Source: Candidatus Falkowbacteria bacterium
GTDB lineage: Bacteria > Patescibacteriota > Patescibacteriia > Patescibacteriales > GWE2-39-37
NCBI GenBank assembly: GCA_013336275.1
Contig: JAAXUA010000001.1
Span: 206,167-270,166, forward strand
Direction of reading: 5' to 3'
Length of the DNA: 64,000 nt
Shown: one piece after another, positions 44,117 through 54,119 of the stretch
Position numbering within the stretch: the first letter of the stretch is position 1
How the letters are laid out: each line of letters starts with the position of its first letter
Made by a program: the position numbers and the translations under genes
Notes under the pieces: model-generated
What the model was told of the DNA's origin: nothing
Seen by the model: only the letters and a program-made list of their open reading frames with translations
Databases searched by the model: none

Positions 44117-45586
44117 ATGAATCTTATGGCTCAAAAAGTAGTCAATATCGCAAAGAATACCTCATATTACACCCTCGCCTTAATACTCCAGAAGGTAGTA
44201 TCTTTTTCCTATTTTGTCATCATCGCCCGGGCTCTCGGTCCGGAAGACCTGGGCAAATACTACTTCGCACTCTCATTCACCACCATCTTCGCCGTTTTTA
44301 TCGACTTGGGTTTTTCCAACGTCTCGACCCGTGAGACGGCCAAAGATCCGGAGCGGGCAGGGCAGTACCTCAACAACATCCTCGGGCTCAAGCTGCCGCT
44401 GACCCTGGTAGTCTGGCTCGCCTTGGTCGCTTCGGTTAATCTGATGGGCTATCCGCAACTGACCAAGATGCTCGTCTATCTGGCCTCGGCCTGCATGATT
44501 CTCGATTCTTTCACCCTGACATTTTTTTCGCTGAGCCGCGGATTCCACAACCTGATTTTTGAAAGCGTCGCTTCGGTCAGCTATCAGATAATCGTGCTGG
44601 TCGCCGGACTTGCCACCCTTAAACTCGGCTACGGCGTCGAATGGCAGATGGGTGCCTTGGTTGCGGCCAGCCTGCTCAACACCATTTACGCTTACCTCGT
44701 CGTTGTCCGCAAATGGAAGGTCAAAGTCAGACCGACTATCGACCGTGAACTGGCCAAGAAAATGATCTTGATCAGCTTGCCCTTCGCCACCTTCGGCATC
44801 GCCCAGCGCTTCTATACATATTTTGACACCGTCCTTCTATCGAGGTTGGCCGGAGACGAGGCCGTCGGCATCTACCAAGTCGCTTTCAAAATCATTTTTG
44901 CTTTGCAATTCCTGCCTGCCGCTTTCTCGGCCTCGCTTTATCCCGCCTTCGCCTCCTACTGGCAGAACAACCGCTCACAACTGGCCATCACCTTCGAGCG
45001 GGCCATGAATTATCTTTTGATTATCGCTATGCCAATCAGCATCGGCATCATCTCGATTGCCGACAAGATACTTTTACTGTTCACTAACAGCTATGCCAAC
45101 GCCCTTTGGCCGCTACGTCTGAATATCGCGGCCCTGGTCTTCAGCTTTCTTAACTTCGCTCTCGGCGCTTTGCTCAACGCCTGCGACCAGCAGCGCGCCA
45201 ACACGCGCAATATGATCATCATCACCTTAACGAGCGCGGCGATCAACCTCGCGCTTATACCAAAATACCAGGCTGTCGGCGCCTCAGTGGCCGTCTTGGT
45301 TTCCAATATCATGATGTTCATCCTGGGGATGCGCCTAATTCCGGCCATCACCAACTACGACCGGCGCAAGGTCGCCATCATGGCCGGCAAGGTCCTCTTG
45401 GCCTCGGCCGTCATGGGCGCTCTCTCGACTCTGCTCAAAAATTATCTTAATGTCTTTCTCGTGGTCGCCATTTCGGGCCTGGCTTACTTCGGCCTTCTGT
45501 TCGCCGTCAGGGCTTTCCGCAAAGAAGACATCCTAAGCATCGTCTCTTCCTTCAAACGAGGCGGGGGCGGGGAACAAACCTCATGA
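44117..45586 (+). CDS. MOP-superfamily polysaccharide/oligosaccharide flippase (Wzx-like)
   Basis: About 490 aa with about 14 TM helices. The N-terminus NIAKNTSYYTLALILQKVVSFSYFVIIARALGPEDLGKY is typical of the polysaccharide biosynthesis protein family. Confidence 0.78.
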   Translation: MNLMAQKVVNIAKNTSYYTLALILQKVVSFSYFVIIARALGPEDLGKYYFALSFTTIFAVFIDLGFSNVSTRETAKDPERAGQYLNNILGLKLPLTLVVWLALVASVNLMGYPQLTKMLVYLASACMILDSFTLTFFSLSRGFHNLIFESVASVSYQIIVLVAGLATLKLGYGVEWQMGALVAASLLNTIYAYLVVVRKWKVKVRPTIDRELAKKMILISLPFATFGIAQRFYTYFDTVLLSRLAGDEAVGIYQVAFKIIFALQFLPAAFSASLYPAFASYWQNNRSQLAITFERAMNYLLIIAMPISIGIISIADKILLLFTNSYANALWPLRLNIAALVFSFLNFALGALLNACDQQRANTRNMIIITLTSAAINLALIPKYQAVGASVAVLVSNIMMFILGMRLIPAITNYDRRKVAIMAGKVLLASAVMGALSTLLKNYLNVFLVVAISGLAYFGLLFAVRAFRKEDILSIVSSFKRGGGGEQTS

Positions 45587-46671
45587 AGACACTGCTTTTC
45601 ACAACCGAATATCCGCCGCAGTTCGGCGGGGTCTCGAATTATTACGAAGAACTTGTCAGGCATTGGCCCGATCAGGACGGTTTGGCCGTCCTTGATAACT
45701 CGAACGGCAAACTCGTCGACAACAAGCTTTCATTTTTCAAATGGCGTCCTGCCTTCAGCGCTCTTTCGCACGCCGTAAAAGAGCAGGGGATCAAGCACAT
45801 CATCGTCGGACAGATCTTGCCCTTGGGCACCGTAGCCTGGATCAAATCCAAACGCCTGGGCTGCACTTACAGCGTCGTACTCCACGGCATGGATGTACCA
45901 TTTGCCCTGAGAAGCTCCCGTAAGCGCTGGCTCGCCAAGCGCATCCTGGCCGGAGCCGAGAGGGTTATCTGCACCAATAGCTATGTCGCTGAACTAGCCA
46001 AGCCTTTACTCAATGACCATTCCAAAATAGCTATAGTCAATCCCGGCATCGGCAAGGTACCGGCCGTGGACGGTTTCATGACCGATTCGCTATCGGCAAA
46101 ATATTCACTAAGCGGCAAAACGATTATCTTGTCGCTCAGCCGTTTAGTCAAGCGCAAAGGCATGGATATGGTCATCCGGACCCTGCCTGCGCTCTTCGCC
46201 GATGACCCTAAGCTGATTTACGTCATTGCTGGCACCGGTCCGGATGAAGCCTATCTCAAAGGCCTGGCCGCCGCCTTGCCGGAAGAAGACCAAAAACGCA
46301 TCATCTTTACCGGCCAGATCACCGATGCCGAGAAATGGTCTTGGCTCTCGCTCTGCCGTCTCTTCATCATGCCAGCCCGCGATATCGACGGCGACTTCGA
46401 GGGCTTCGGCATCGTCTATCTCGAGGCCAATCTCATGGGCAAGCCGGTCATCGCCGGACGATCCGGCGGCGTACCGGACGCGGTGGTCAGCGACCTCAAC
46501 GGCCTTCTGGTTAATCCTAACGACACCAACGAGATCAGACAGGCGATCCAGACTTTGACCCAAGACGAGGCCTACGCCGAAAAGCTAGGCACCCAAGGAA
46601 GGGAAAGGGCGATACGCCATTTCACCTGGAACGACAAGGCTAAATCATTCCACGATTATATCAATAAATAA
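45583..46671 (+). CDS. glycosyltransferase family 4
   Basis: ATGA overlap with the flippase gene. FEGFGIVYLEANLMGKPVIAGRSGGVPD. Confidence 0.85.
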   Translation: MKTLLFTTEYPPQFGGVSNYYEELVRHWPDQDGLAVLDNSNGKLVDNKLSFFKWRPAFSALSHAVKEQGIKHIIVGQILPLGTVAWIKSKRLGCTYSVVLHGMDVPFALRSSRKRWLAKRILAGAERVICTNSYVAELAKPLLNDHSKIAIVNPGIGKVPAVDGFMTDSLSAKYSLSGKTIILSLSRLVKRKGMDMVIRTLPALFADDPKLIYVIAGTGPDEAYLKGLAAALPEEDQKRIIFTGQITDAEKWSWLSLCRLFIMPARDIDGDFEGFGIVYLEANLMGKPVIAGRSGGVPDAVVSDLNGLLVNPNDTNEIRQAIQTLTQDEAYAEKLGTQGRERAIRHFTWNDKAKSFHDYINK

Positions 46672-46678
46672 ACCCCTC

Positions 46679-47383
46679 ATGATTTCGATAATCATTCCTG
46701 CCTACAACCGCGCCGACAAGATCGGCCAGACGCTCGATTCGATCATTGCCCAAAGCGAGAAAGATGTCGAGGTTATCGTCGTCGACGACGGGTCGAAAGA
46801 CGGCACCCAAGACGTGCTCGCCTCTTACGATGGCAGATTCAAGCAGGCACAGATACCTTATCGCTTCTCGAAGCAGGCTAACGCCGGCGCGCCAGCAGCC
46901 CGCAACCGCGGCTTTGCAGCCAGCACGGGCGAGTTTCTGATCTTCTGCGATGCCGACTCCGAGCTGGTTCCGGACGCACTGGCGACGATGAAGAAAACCC
47001 TGATCGACAATCCCGCTGCCAGTTATGCCTATTCTTCATTCTACTGGGGCAGCAAGCTCTTCAAGGTCGGACCATTCTCACCCGAACGGCTGAAGCAAGG
47101 CCCGTTCATCCACACCATGGCCCTCATCCGCCGTTCAGATTTTCCGCAATCGGGCTGGGACGAAGCGGTGAAGAAGCTTCAGGACTGGGACTTGTGGCTG
47201 ACCATGCTCGAGGCAGGGAAGCAAGGCGTCTTTATCGACAGACCGCTTTTCCGCATCTGGCCGGGCGGCACTATCTCTAGCTGGCTGCCTTCATTCGCTT
47301 ACAAACTTTTGCCCTTTCTGCCACAGGTCAAGAAATACAAAGCCGCAGTTGAGCTGATTAAGGGGAAACACAAATTATCATGA
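46679..47383 (+). CDS. glycosyltransferase family 2
   Basis: ISIIIPAYNRADKI...VIVVDDGSKDGT...CDADS. Confidence 0.85.
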   Translation: MISIIIPAYNRADKIGQTLDSIIAQSEKDVEVIVVDDGSKDGTQDVLASYDGRFKQAQIPYRFSKQANAGAPAARNRGFAASTGEFLIFCDADSELVPDALATMKKTLIDNPAASYAYSSFYWGSKLFKVGPFSPERLKQGPFIHTMALIRRSDFPQSGWDEAVKKLQDWDLWLTMLEAGKQGVFIDRPLFRIWPGGTISSWLPSFAYKLLPFLPQVKKYKAAVELIKGKHKLS

Positions 47384-48201
47384 GCAAGAACCGAAGAACC
47401 TTTTCGGGTTTGAAAAAATACTGGATCGTCTGCCAGAATGGCATGCAGAAAGTCATGGTCTACCGCCTCAATTTCTTCGCTTGGTTCTTCGTCGAAGGAT
47501 TGGGCTTTTTGGTCATGGCCTATATTTGGCTTTCCATCTACAAGCAGGGCAACCAAGTGGGAAGCTACACCCTGGCAACGCTTTTATGCTATTTCGCTAT
47601 CAGCCGAGTGCTCGGCATGGTCGTCACCTCTGACGACATGGCCCGCCAAATCAATGAGGACATCAGCCAAGGGCGGCTGGTGAATTTCCTCCTGAAGCCG
47701 ATCAGCTACTCTAAGAAATTATTTTTCCAGAATACGGGCGAGATCATCATTGCCGCGATTTACACTTTGCCCGTGGCCATTCCCGTAGCTTATTACTTCC
47801 GCGACCAGCTCGCCTTCACCGCAACGCGGATTCTCCTATTCTTAATCGCTATCATGATCGCATGTTTCATGGATTTTTTCTTCAACTACCTTATCGGGAC
47901 CCTGACCTTTTACTCAGAGAACATCTTCGGCATCATCTTCCTGTCTTGGACGATTACCGGAATCTTTTCCGGAAGGGTCGTACCGATCGACCTGCTACCA
48001 GGATTCCTGCAGCACCTCGCCGACTTCCTGCCATTCAAATACGTCCTGTTCATACCGTTATCGATAATTTCCGGCCGGATCGACCCGTCAGCGGCAGTCG
48101 TCGAGCTAGGCTTCGGACTGGCTTGGGTAATCGCTCTTTGGTACGCCGGGCGGCTGATCTTTAATTCAGGCCTAAAACGTTACGAAGGCTATGGCATCTA
48201 G
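47380..48201 (+). CDS. ABC-2 (DUF990-like) transporter permease, copy 1
   Basis: 273 aa with 6 TM. ATGA overlap with GT2. C-terminal KRYEGYGI. Confidence 0.72.
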   Translation: MSKNRRTFSGLKKYWIVCQNGMQKVMVYRLNFFAWFFVEGLGFLVMAYIWLSIYKQGNQVGSYTLATLLCYFAISRVLGMVVTSDDMARQINEDISQGRLVNFLLKPISYSKKLFFQNTGEIIIAAIYTLPVAIPVAYYFRDQLAFTATRILLFLIAIMIACFMDFFFNYLIGTLTFYSENIFGIIFLSWTITGIFSGRVVPIDLLPGFLQHLADFLPFKYVLFIPLSIISGRIDPSAAVVELGFGLAWVIALWYAGRLIFNSGLKRYEGYGI

Positions 48202-48988
48202 ATATATAAAAATCTATCTCATCCGCATGCGCGCTTCAGTCATGACTAGAATGGCTTATCCTTTGAATTTCTTCATCCTGACGATTTCAGTCATCGCCCA
48301 GGGCCTGCTTTCGATCATCTTCATCAAGGTTATCTACAAATACGCGAGCAATATCTCCGGCTGGAACTATGACCAAGCCATGTTAGTGCTAGCTTCATTC
48401 TTGATCGTAGAGGGGATGATGTGGACGACCAATGCCTATATGGCCGGCATTCGCAAAAATGTCCTGATGGGCTCCTTTGACCGTTTTCTGATACAGCCGC
48501 TCAATACGCTTTTTTCAGTCTCGACCTGGCGCGTCGACCCCGAAGACCTGATGCGTTTGGTCATAGCCGGCTACATCTTCGCCAGCACCATCGGCCATCT
48601 GCACTTGCCGGCCGCCGAGCTTCTGACACGCGGCTGGGTCTACGCATTGCTGATTCTCGATGGCTATATCGTCTTTTACTCTTTGTCTTTGGCTATCAAT
48701 TCCTTATACTTCTGGTACTCGGAAATCAGCAGCATCAACATCATGTTCGAAAATTTCCTGCGCATGGCCCAATATCCGACCGACATCCTTTACGGCAAAT
48801 TCATCAAGATTTTCTTTTCGACGATTTTTCCGATCGCCTTCATGGCCACCGTTCCCGCCAGAGCCTTGGCCTTCGGTGCGGATTACCTGATGCTTCTGGC
48901 GGCGACCGCAATCGCTTTGGCGTTTTTCTTTTCGGCCAGAGCCATTTTCAACGCAGGGTTAAGAGCCTATTCCAGCGCTTCAAGCTAA
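48191..48988 (+). CDS. ABC-2 (DUF990-like) transporter permease, copy 2
   Basis: 265 aa with 6 TM. 11-nt overlap with copy 1. Confidence 0.72.
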   Translation: MASRYIKIYLIRMRASVMTRMAYPLNFFILTISVIAQGLLSIIFIKVIYKYASNISGWNYDQAMLVLASFLIVEGMMWTTNAYMAGIRKNVLMGSFDRFLIQPLNTLFSVSTWRVDPEDLMRLVIAGYIFASTIGHLHLPAAELLTRGWVYALLILDGYIVFYSLSLAINSLYFWYSEISSINIMFENFLRMAQYPTDILYGKFIKIFFSTIFPIAFMATVPARALAFGADYLMLLAATAIALAFFFSARAIFNAGLRAYSSASS

Positions 48989-48989
48989 T

Positions 48990-49787
48990 ATGAAAAAATA
49001 CGCTGCCATCATCAAGACTTCCTGGCTCCGGCAATTCGCCTACCGCACCGACATCCTGGGCTACCGCCTAGCCAATCTTTTCGACATCCTGTTCCAGATG
49101 GCGATTTGGTATGCGGTCTTCCAGACAAGCAGCGTAGTCAACGGCTACACGTTTCCGGAGATGATGACCTATGTCATCATCGGCTGGCTCTTTTCCTTTC
49201 TCACTGCCAATTTCGGTTTGGAGACGGTGGTCAACCGTGATATCCGCGACGGCACCCTGAATAATTTCCTGACCAAGCCAATCAGCTATTTGAAATATAT
49301 GGTCGTCCTGTCGATCGGCAGGGCATCGCTCGCCCTGTTTTCCGGCGTGGTGGTCCAGGCCGCCTTGATCATCTCATTCCACGGCTTCATCTCAGCGCCA
49401 CCCAGTTTGGCCAAAATCCTGTTGATCATCCTGATAGTCTTCATCGGTTATTTCATCAGGCTTTTCCTCTCCATCCTGATCGGCCTTTTGTCCTTCTGGG
49501 TTACCGAGAATGCCGGGCTTAACAGCTTTTTCAACGTCCTGATCCGCTTCCTGTCCGGCGGCTACGCGCCGCTGAGCATCCTACCCACCGCTTTCTACCA
49601 GCTGAGCCTGGCTTTCCCGTTCGCCTATATCATCTTCTTTCCGGCGCAGCTCTATCTCGACAAAGCTACCACCGCCCAGGGCATACGAGGGCTGGCCATC
49701 GAGCTGGCCTGGCTGGCGGCGCTTTATATATTGATCAAGATTACCTGGAAGCGCGGCCTTCGCAACTACGAAGGCACCGGAGCATAA
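48990..49787 (+). CDS. ABC-2 (DUF990-like) transporter permease, copy 3
   Basis: 265 aa. Motifs GTLNNFLTKPISYLKYM, FWVTENAG, RNYEGTGA. Confidence 0.75.
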   Translation: MKKYAAIIKTSWLRQFAYRTDILGYRLANLFDILFQMAIWYAVFQTSSVVNGYTFPEMMTYVIIGWLFSFLTANFGLETVVNRDIRDGTLNNFLTKPISYLKYMVVLSIGRASLALFSGVVVQAALIISFHGFISAPPSLAKILLIILIVFIGYFIRLFLSILIGLLSFWVTENAGLNSFFNVLIRFLSGGYAPLSILPTAFYQLSLAFPFAYIIFFPAQLYLDKATTAQGIRGLAIELAWLAALYILIKITWKRGLRNYEGTGA

Positions 49788-49791
49788 CCAT

Positions 49792-50589
49792 ATGAAAAAA
49801 TACATCACCATACTCAAGAACGAGTTCCAGCGCCATCTGGCATACCGCGCCAACATTGCCAGCTATAGTCTCGGCCATATTTTCGAAGTAGTTTCGCAGG
49901 TGGTCGTCTGGACCGTCATTTTCCAGAACGCCGATATCATCAAGGGCTATACCTACGACGAGATGATCACTTACGTCGTCATCGGCTGGTTCATCCTCTT
50001 CGCCACCTCGAACTACGGCTTCGAAGAAAAGATCGCCAAGGATATCCATCAGGGCACGCTGTCTAATTTCATCACCAAGCCGATCAGCTATCTCCGCTAT
50101 ATGGCCTCGGTTTCGATCGGCCGCATCGTCTTCGCTTTCGTGGTAGTGGTCGGCATCGAGACCGTCCTGATCTGGCTGATGCGCGATCACATCATCTTCA
50201 ACCGCGATCCGGCTGTATTGCTGTTACTTTTGTGCATGGTGGGCGCCGCCTATTTCATCCGGCTTTTCTTTTCGGTAATCATCGGCTTGTTCGCTTTCTG
50301 GATCGTCGAGATTTCCGGAACCTATTTTTCCTTGAACATCATCAGTAAATTCCTCTCCGGCGCCTACTTTCCCATGGGCCTCTTGCCAGCCGCCTTTGTC
50401 AGAGTCAGCATGTTCTTTCCGTTCGTCTACACCTTCTTCATCCCGATACAGCTCTACCTAGGCAAAATAACCCTTCTGGACGGCCTTTACGGCCTAGGGG
50501 CTGAGCTGATTTGGCTGGCACTGCTTTACGGCGGAATCAAGGCGGTCTGGCACTACGGCCTGAAGCGATATGAAGGAGTTGGCATTTGA
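49792..50589 (+). CDS. ABC-2 (DUF990-like) transporter permease, copy 4 (close paralog of copy 3)
   Basis: 265 aa. Motifs GTLSNFITKPISYLRYM, FWIVEISG, KRYEGVGI. Confidence 0.75.
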   Translation: MKKYITILKNEFQRHLAYRANIASYSLGHIFEVVSQVVVWTVIFQNADIIKGYTYDEMITYVVIGWFILFATSNYGFEEKIAKDIHQGTLSNFITKPISYLRYMASVSIGRIVFAFVVVVGIETVLIWLMRDHIIFNRDPAVLLLLLCMVGAAYFIRLFFSVIIGLFAFWIVEISGTYFSLNIISKFLSGAYFPMGLLPAAFVRVSMFFPFVYTFFIPIQLYLGKITLLDGLYGLGAELIWLALLYGGIKAVWHYGLKRYEGVGI

Positions 50590-50613
50590 TAACAATTCAC
50601 CTAAAATACTATT

Positions 50614-51597
50614 ATGTCCATCATCGAAGTAAAGGGGCTTTCCAAAACCTACGAGTACTACAAGAAGCAGCCCGGGCTCATGGCCTCGATCAAGGGCTTG
50701 TTCAAGCGCGAAAAGCTGGTTACCGAAGCGGTCAAGGATATCAGTTTGACGATCGAAGAAGGGGAACTGATCGGCTTTCTCGGTCCCAACGGCGCCGGCA
50801 AGACCACGACCTTGAAGATGCTCTCCGGTATCCTGCATCCTTCATCAGGCGAGGCCAAAGTCCTGGGCTTTACCCCGCACAAGCGGCAGAAGGAATACCA
50901 GAAGCAATTCGCCTTGGTTATGGGACAGAAGAATCAGCTGTGGTGGGATCTACCAGCCATGGACAGTTTCATCCTCAACAAGGAAATTTACGAAGTGCCG
51001 GATGAAGAGTTCAAAAGCAGCCTGGAAGAGCTGACCACGCTCTTGGAAATCAAGGACATCCTGGACGTCCAAGTGCGCAAGCTATCACTGGGTCAGCGAA
51101 TGAAGTGCGAGCTAGTCGCCGCTTTGCTGCATCAGCCGCGCATCCTGTTCCTGGACGAGCCGACCATCGGCCTTGACGTCGTCGCCCAGAAAAACATCCG
51201 CGACTTCATCAAGAAATACAACCGCGAAAAGAAGACGACCATCATCCTGACTTCCCATTACATGGACGACATCAAGGAGCTTTGCAAGAGAGTCGTCATC
51301 ATCGACCACGGCCAGATCGGCTACGACGGCCTGCTTGAGGATCTGATCAAACACTACGCCCCCTACAAGACCTTAAAGATCACTTTCAACGACCAAGGCG
51401 TTACCAGGGAAGAGGTTGAGCCTTTCGGCAATATCCAGAAATTCAACCGCTACGAGGCTTGGATCGAAGTCGAACGCGACCAGGTCAAGCAAGCCGCTAC
51501 CAGCATCCTCTCCTCCGACCTGCCGGTGGACGACATCCTGATCGACGAGGTCGATATCGACGAAGTCATCCGCAAGATATTCAAAGAGAAAAAATAA
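50614..51597 (+). CDS. ABC transporter ATP-binding protein with a C-terminal accessory domain
   Basis: Walker A GPNGAGKTT, signature LSLGQRMK, Walker B ILFLDEPTIGLD. 327 aa. Confidence 0.9.
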   Translation: MSIIEVKGLSKTYEYYKKQPGLMASIKGLFKREKLVTEAVKDISLTIEEGELIGFLGPNGAGKTTTLKMLSGILHPSSGEAKVLGFTPHKRQKEYQKQFALVMGQKNQLWWDLPAMDSFILNKEIYEVPDEEFKSSLEELTTLLEIKDILDVQVRKLSLGQRMKCELVAALLHQPRILFLDEPTIGLDVVAQKNIRDFIKKYNREKKTTIILTSHYMDDIKELCKRVVIIDHGQIGYDGLLEDLIKHYAPYKTLKITFNDQGVTREEVEPFGNIQKFNRYEAWIEVERDQVKQAATSILSSDLPVDDILIDEVDIDEVIRKIFKEKK

Positions 51598-52043
51598 TGA
51601 AAAACCTCCGTTTAGCCACGATATTATCGCTTGTTTTCATCCTCTCCGGCTGCGCCTCAAGCAAGCAGGGGTCTGGCATGCCGTATCTCACGGTCGGCGG
51701 AAAGACGGTCGAAATCGAGCTGGCGCGAACCAGCGCCGAACGCATCAAGGGTCTTTCCGGCCACGCACCGCTCAAGCAGAACCAGGGCATGCTCTTCGTC
51801 TTCAACGAGTACACGCCTCGGACATTCTGGATGAAGGACATGCTTTTTCCGCTAGACATCATCTGGATCAAGGATGACACGGTCACCAAAATCTCGCCCG
51901 ATCTGCCACCCGAGGGAAGTAATCCGCAAAAACTCTATGAATCCGGCGAAGCAGTCAACTATGTCCTCGAGGTCTCTGCCGGCTGGGCACAGATGAACAA
52001 GATAAAAGCCGGCGACAAGGTTTCCTATCACTATGATCAATAA
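51597..52043 (+). CDS. DUF192 domain lipoprotein
   Basis: TAATG overlap with the ATPase stop. Lipobox LSGC. GMLFVF...FWMKDMLFPLDIIWI is the DUF192 core. Confidence 0.75.
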   Translation: MKNLRLATILSLVFILSGCASSKQGSGMPYLTVGGKTVEIELARTSAERIKGLSGHAPLKQNQGMLFVFNEYTPRTFWMKDMLFPLDIIWIKDDTVTKISPDLPPEGSNPQKLYESGEAVNYVLEVSAGWAQMNKIKAGDKVSYHYDQ

Positions 52044-53577
52044 TTTTTCCATCTTCAAGAAAGTTCTAGCCGCTTTGTTTCTGGCCGAGCTTTTTTCCTA
52101 TTACAGCTACTCCATCCCGCAGATGAGCGCTTGGACCTTTTGGCTTTTGGCAGCCTCCTTTCTGGCTGTTGCTGTTTGGCGGCTTGAAGCTGGCATCCTG
52201 ATCGTCTTGGCCGAGCTTTTCATCGGCTCAAAGGGCTACCTCTATTTTATTGAGCTGGGCGGCTTCAAAATCTCAATCCGCATCGCTTTCTGGTCGATCT
52301 TGATGCTTGTCTGGCTTGTCCGTCTCGGCATCAATCTTTGGCACGAACGCGGCCTCAAGCCGATGATTCAGAGAGCCAAAAAATCGCGTTTCGGACTCGC
52401 TTTCGCGGCTTTGTTTATCTTCATTGCCTGGGGCGCGCTCAACGGCTGGCTCAACCAACCTAGTCTCCGAGGCGTCTTTCTGGATGCTAACGCTTGGATC
52501 TATTTCGGTTTAGTCTTTCCGCTTTACTGGATCAGGAGAAACGAAGGCCTAGCCGAAAAAATCTGGTCGGTCTTCTGGGCGGCTACCACCTGGCTCTCGA
52601 TCAAAACACTTTTCCTGCTTTACATCTTTTCCCACGGACAGACGCTCCTGATCTTCTCTCTCTACCATTGGGTTCGCGATACCGGCGTCGGCGAGATTAC
52701 GCAGATCGAAGGCGGCTTCTACCGTATCTTCATCCAATCGCAGATATATAATCTCTTCGCCTTCTTCTTCGCCCTGTGCTGGCTGGCTGCCGGCGGTTTC
52801 GGCAAGAAAACCATCGCCTATCTCCGCGAACGGCAATCCAAAATAATCTTAAGCCTGCTAGCGCTCAATCTCGGCACCATCCTCCTGAGCTTTTCGCGCA
52901 GCTTTTGGGTCGGCGCGGCTGCCGGCCTAGCAGCATTAGCCATCTGGCTGCTATCAGGCCTGGGCAAGGCGCCCCTGCCATTCCTGAGCCGCTTCGCCTT
53001 TTCTTTCAAACTCACCTTTGCTGCCGTTTTTATTTCCACCATTCTAAGCGTCACAATCATCGGCGCTACCATCGCCTTCCCGTGGCCCCGACCGACCGGG
53101 GGCTTCAGCGCGACCGACCTCTTTTCCGAGCGATTGACTGATGCTGACGAATCGGCCATCGGATCGCGCTGGGCGCTGTTGCCTAAGCTGTGGCAACAGG
53201 TAAAATCAAATGCCGTTCTAGGCAAAGGATTCGGTGCCGAGGTCACCTACAAATCACAGGATCCGCGAGTCATCAAAGAGAATCCGGAAGGGAATTACAC
53301 CACCAGTTCGTTCGAGTGGGGTTGGCTTGATATTTGGCTAAAATTAGGTATTTTTGGCCTTTTATCCTATCTATTTTTACTGTACAAGATAGGTCGTGAG
53401 GATTGGCGCGATAATAGTAAAGGCGGTCTGCCTCCCGGCAGCCTGACTATTGCCATCGTAATTCTGGCGGCGGTGCATGTCTTCACGCCATACCTCAACC
53501 ACCCCCTGGGCATCGGCCTTGTCCTGATCGCCGCCGCGCTGATCGACCAGGAGAGGGATAGCGCGCTTGCTTTATAG
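52033..53577 (+). CDS. O-antigen ligase/polymerase-like (Wzy_C) polytopic membrane protein
   Basis: 514 aa with about 12 TM. SFSRSFWVGAAAG and an extracytoplasmic loop before the last TM helices. 11-nt overlap with the DUF192 gene. Confidence 0.65.
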   Translation: MINNFSIFKKVLAALFLAELFSYYSYSIPQMSAWTFWLLAASFLAVAVWRLEAGILIVLAELFIGSKGYLYFIELGGFKISIRIAFWSILMLVWLVRLGINLWHERGLKPMIQRAKKSRFGLAFAALFIFIAWGALNGWLNQPSLRGVFLDANAWIYFGLVFPLYWIRRNEGLAEKIWSVFWAATTWLSIKTLFLLYIFSHGQTLLIFSLYHWVRDTGVGEITQIEGGFYRIFIQSQIYNLFAFFFALCWLAAGGFGKKTIAYLRERQSKIILSLLALNLGTILLSFSRSFWVGAAAGLAALAIWLLSGLGKAPLPFLSRFAFSFKLTFAAVFISTILSVTIIGATIAFPWPRPTGGFSATDLFSERLTDADESAIGSRWALLPKLWQQVKSNAVLGKGFGAEVTYKSQDPRVIKENPEGNYTTSSFEWGWLDIWLKLGIFGLLSYLFLLYKIGREDWRDNSKGGLPPGSLTIAIVILAAVHVFTPYLNHPLGIGLVLIAAALIDQERDSALAL

Positions 53578-53627
53578 CAGGTAATGAGGTATATTTTGAT
53601 TTATAAAATTAAAAGAAAGGCTACTCT

Positions 53628-54086
53628 ATGAATGAACAAATCATCTCTCAAGAAGGGTATGACAAACTGAAAAACGAGCTCGAGACCCTGATCAAGATCA
53701 AGCGTCCGGAAATTGCCCGCCGCATCCAGACGGCCAAAGACATGGGTGACTTGAGCGAGAACGCCGAGTACTCTGACGCCAAGGAAGCCCAAGCCTTCAA
53801 CGAGGGACGTATCGCCGAACTGGACGCCACTCTGAAGAACGTTACTGTCATGAACAACCACGAAAGCCGAGAAGAGGTCAGCCTAGGTTCCGTAGTCATC
53901 GCCAAAATCGATGGCAAGAGCAAAGAGTACACCATCGTCAGCTTCAATGAGGCCGATCCGCTCGAGGGCAAAATCTCTAACGAATCGCCACTCGGACGCG
54001 CGCTGCTCCACAAGCGGCCAGGCGACACTGTTACGGTCAAGACCCCCAAAGGAGAAGCTAAATACGAAATCGTCGAAATCAGATAA
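53628..54086 (+). CDS. greA: transcription elongation factor GreA
   Basis: GYDKLKNELETL...RPEIARRIQTAKDMGDLSENAEYSDAKEAQ... Confidence 0.93.
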   Translation: MNEQIISQEGYDKLKNELETLIKIKRPEIARRIQTAKDMGDLSENAEYSDAKEAQAFNEGRIAELDATLKNVTVMNNHESREEVSLGSVVIAKIDGKSKEYTIVSFNEADPLEGKISNESPLGRALLHKRPGDTVTVKTPKGEAKYEIVEIR

Positions 54087-54090
54087 AAAG

Positions 54091-54119
54091 AAAGACCCGG
54101 ATAGAACCGGGTCTTTTTT
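54091..54119. terminator. bidirectional rho-independent terminator shared by convergent genes
   Basis: aaagacccgg-atagaa-ccgggtcttt flanked by A- and T-runs. Confidence 0.85.
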
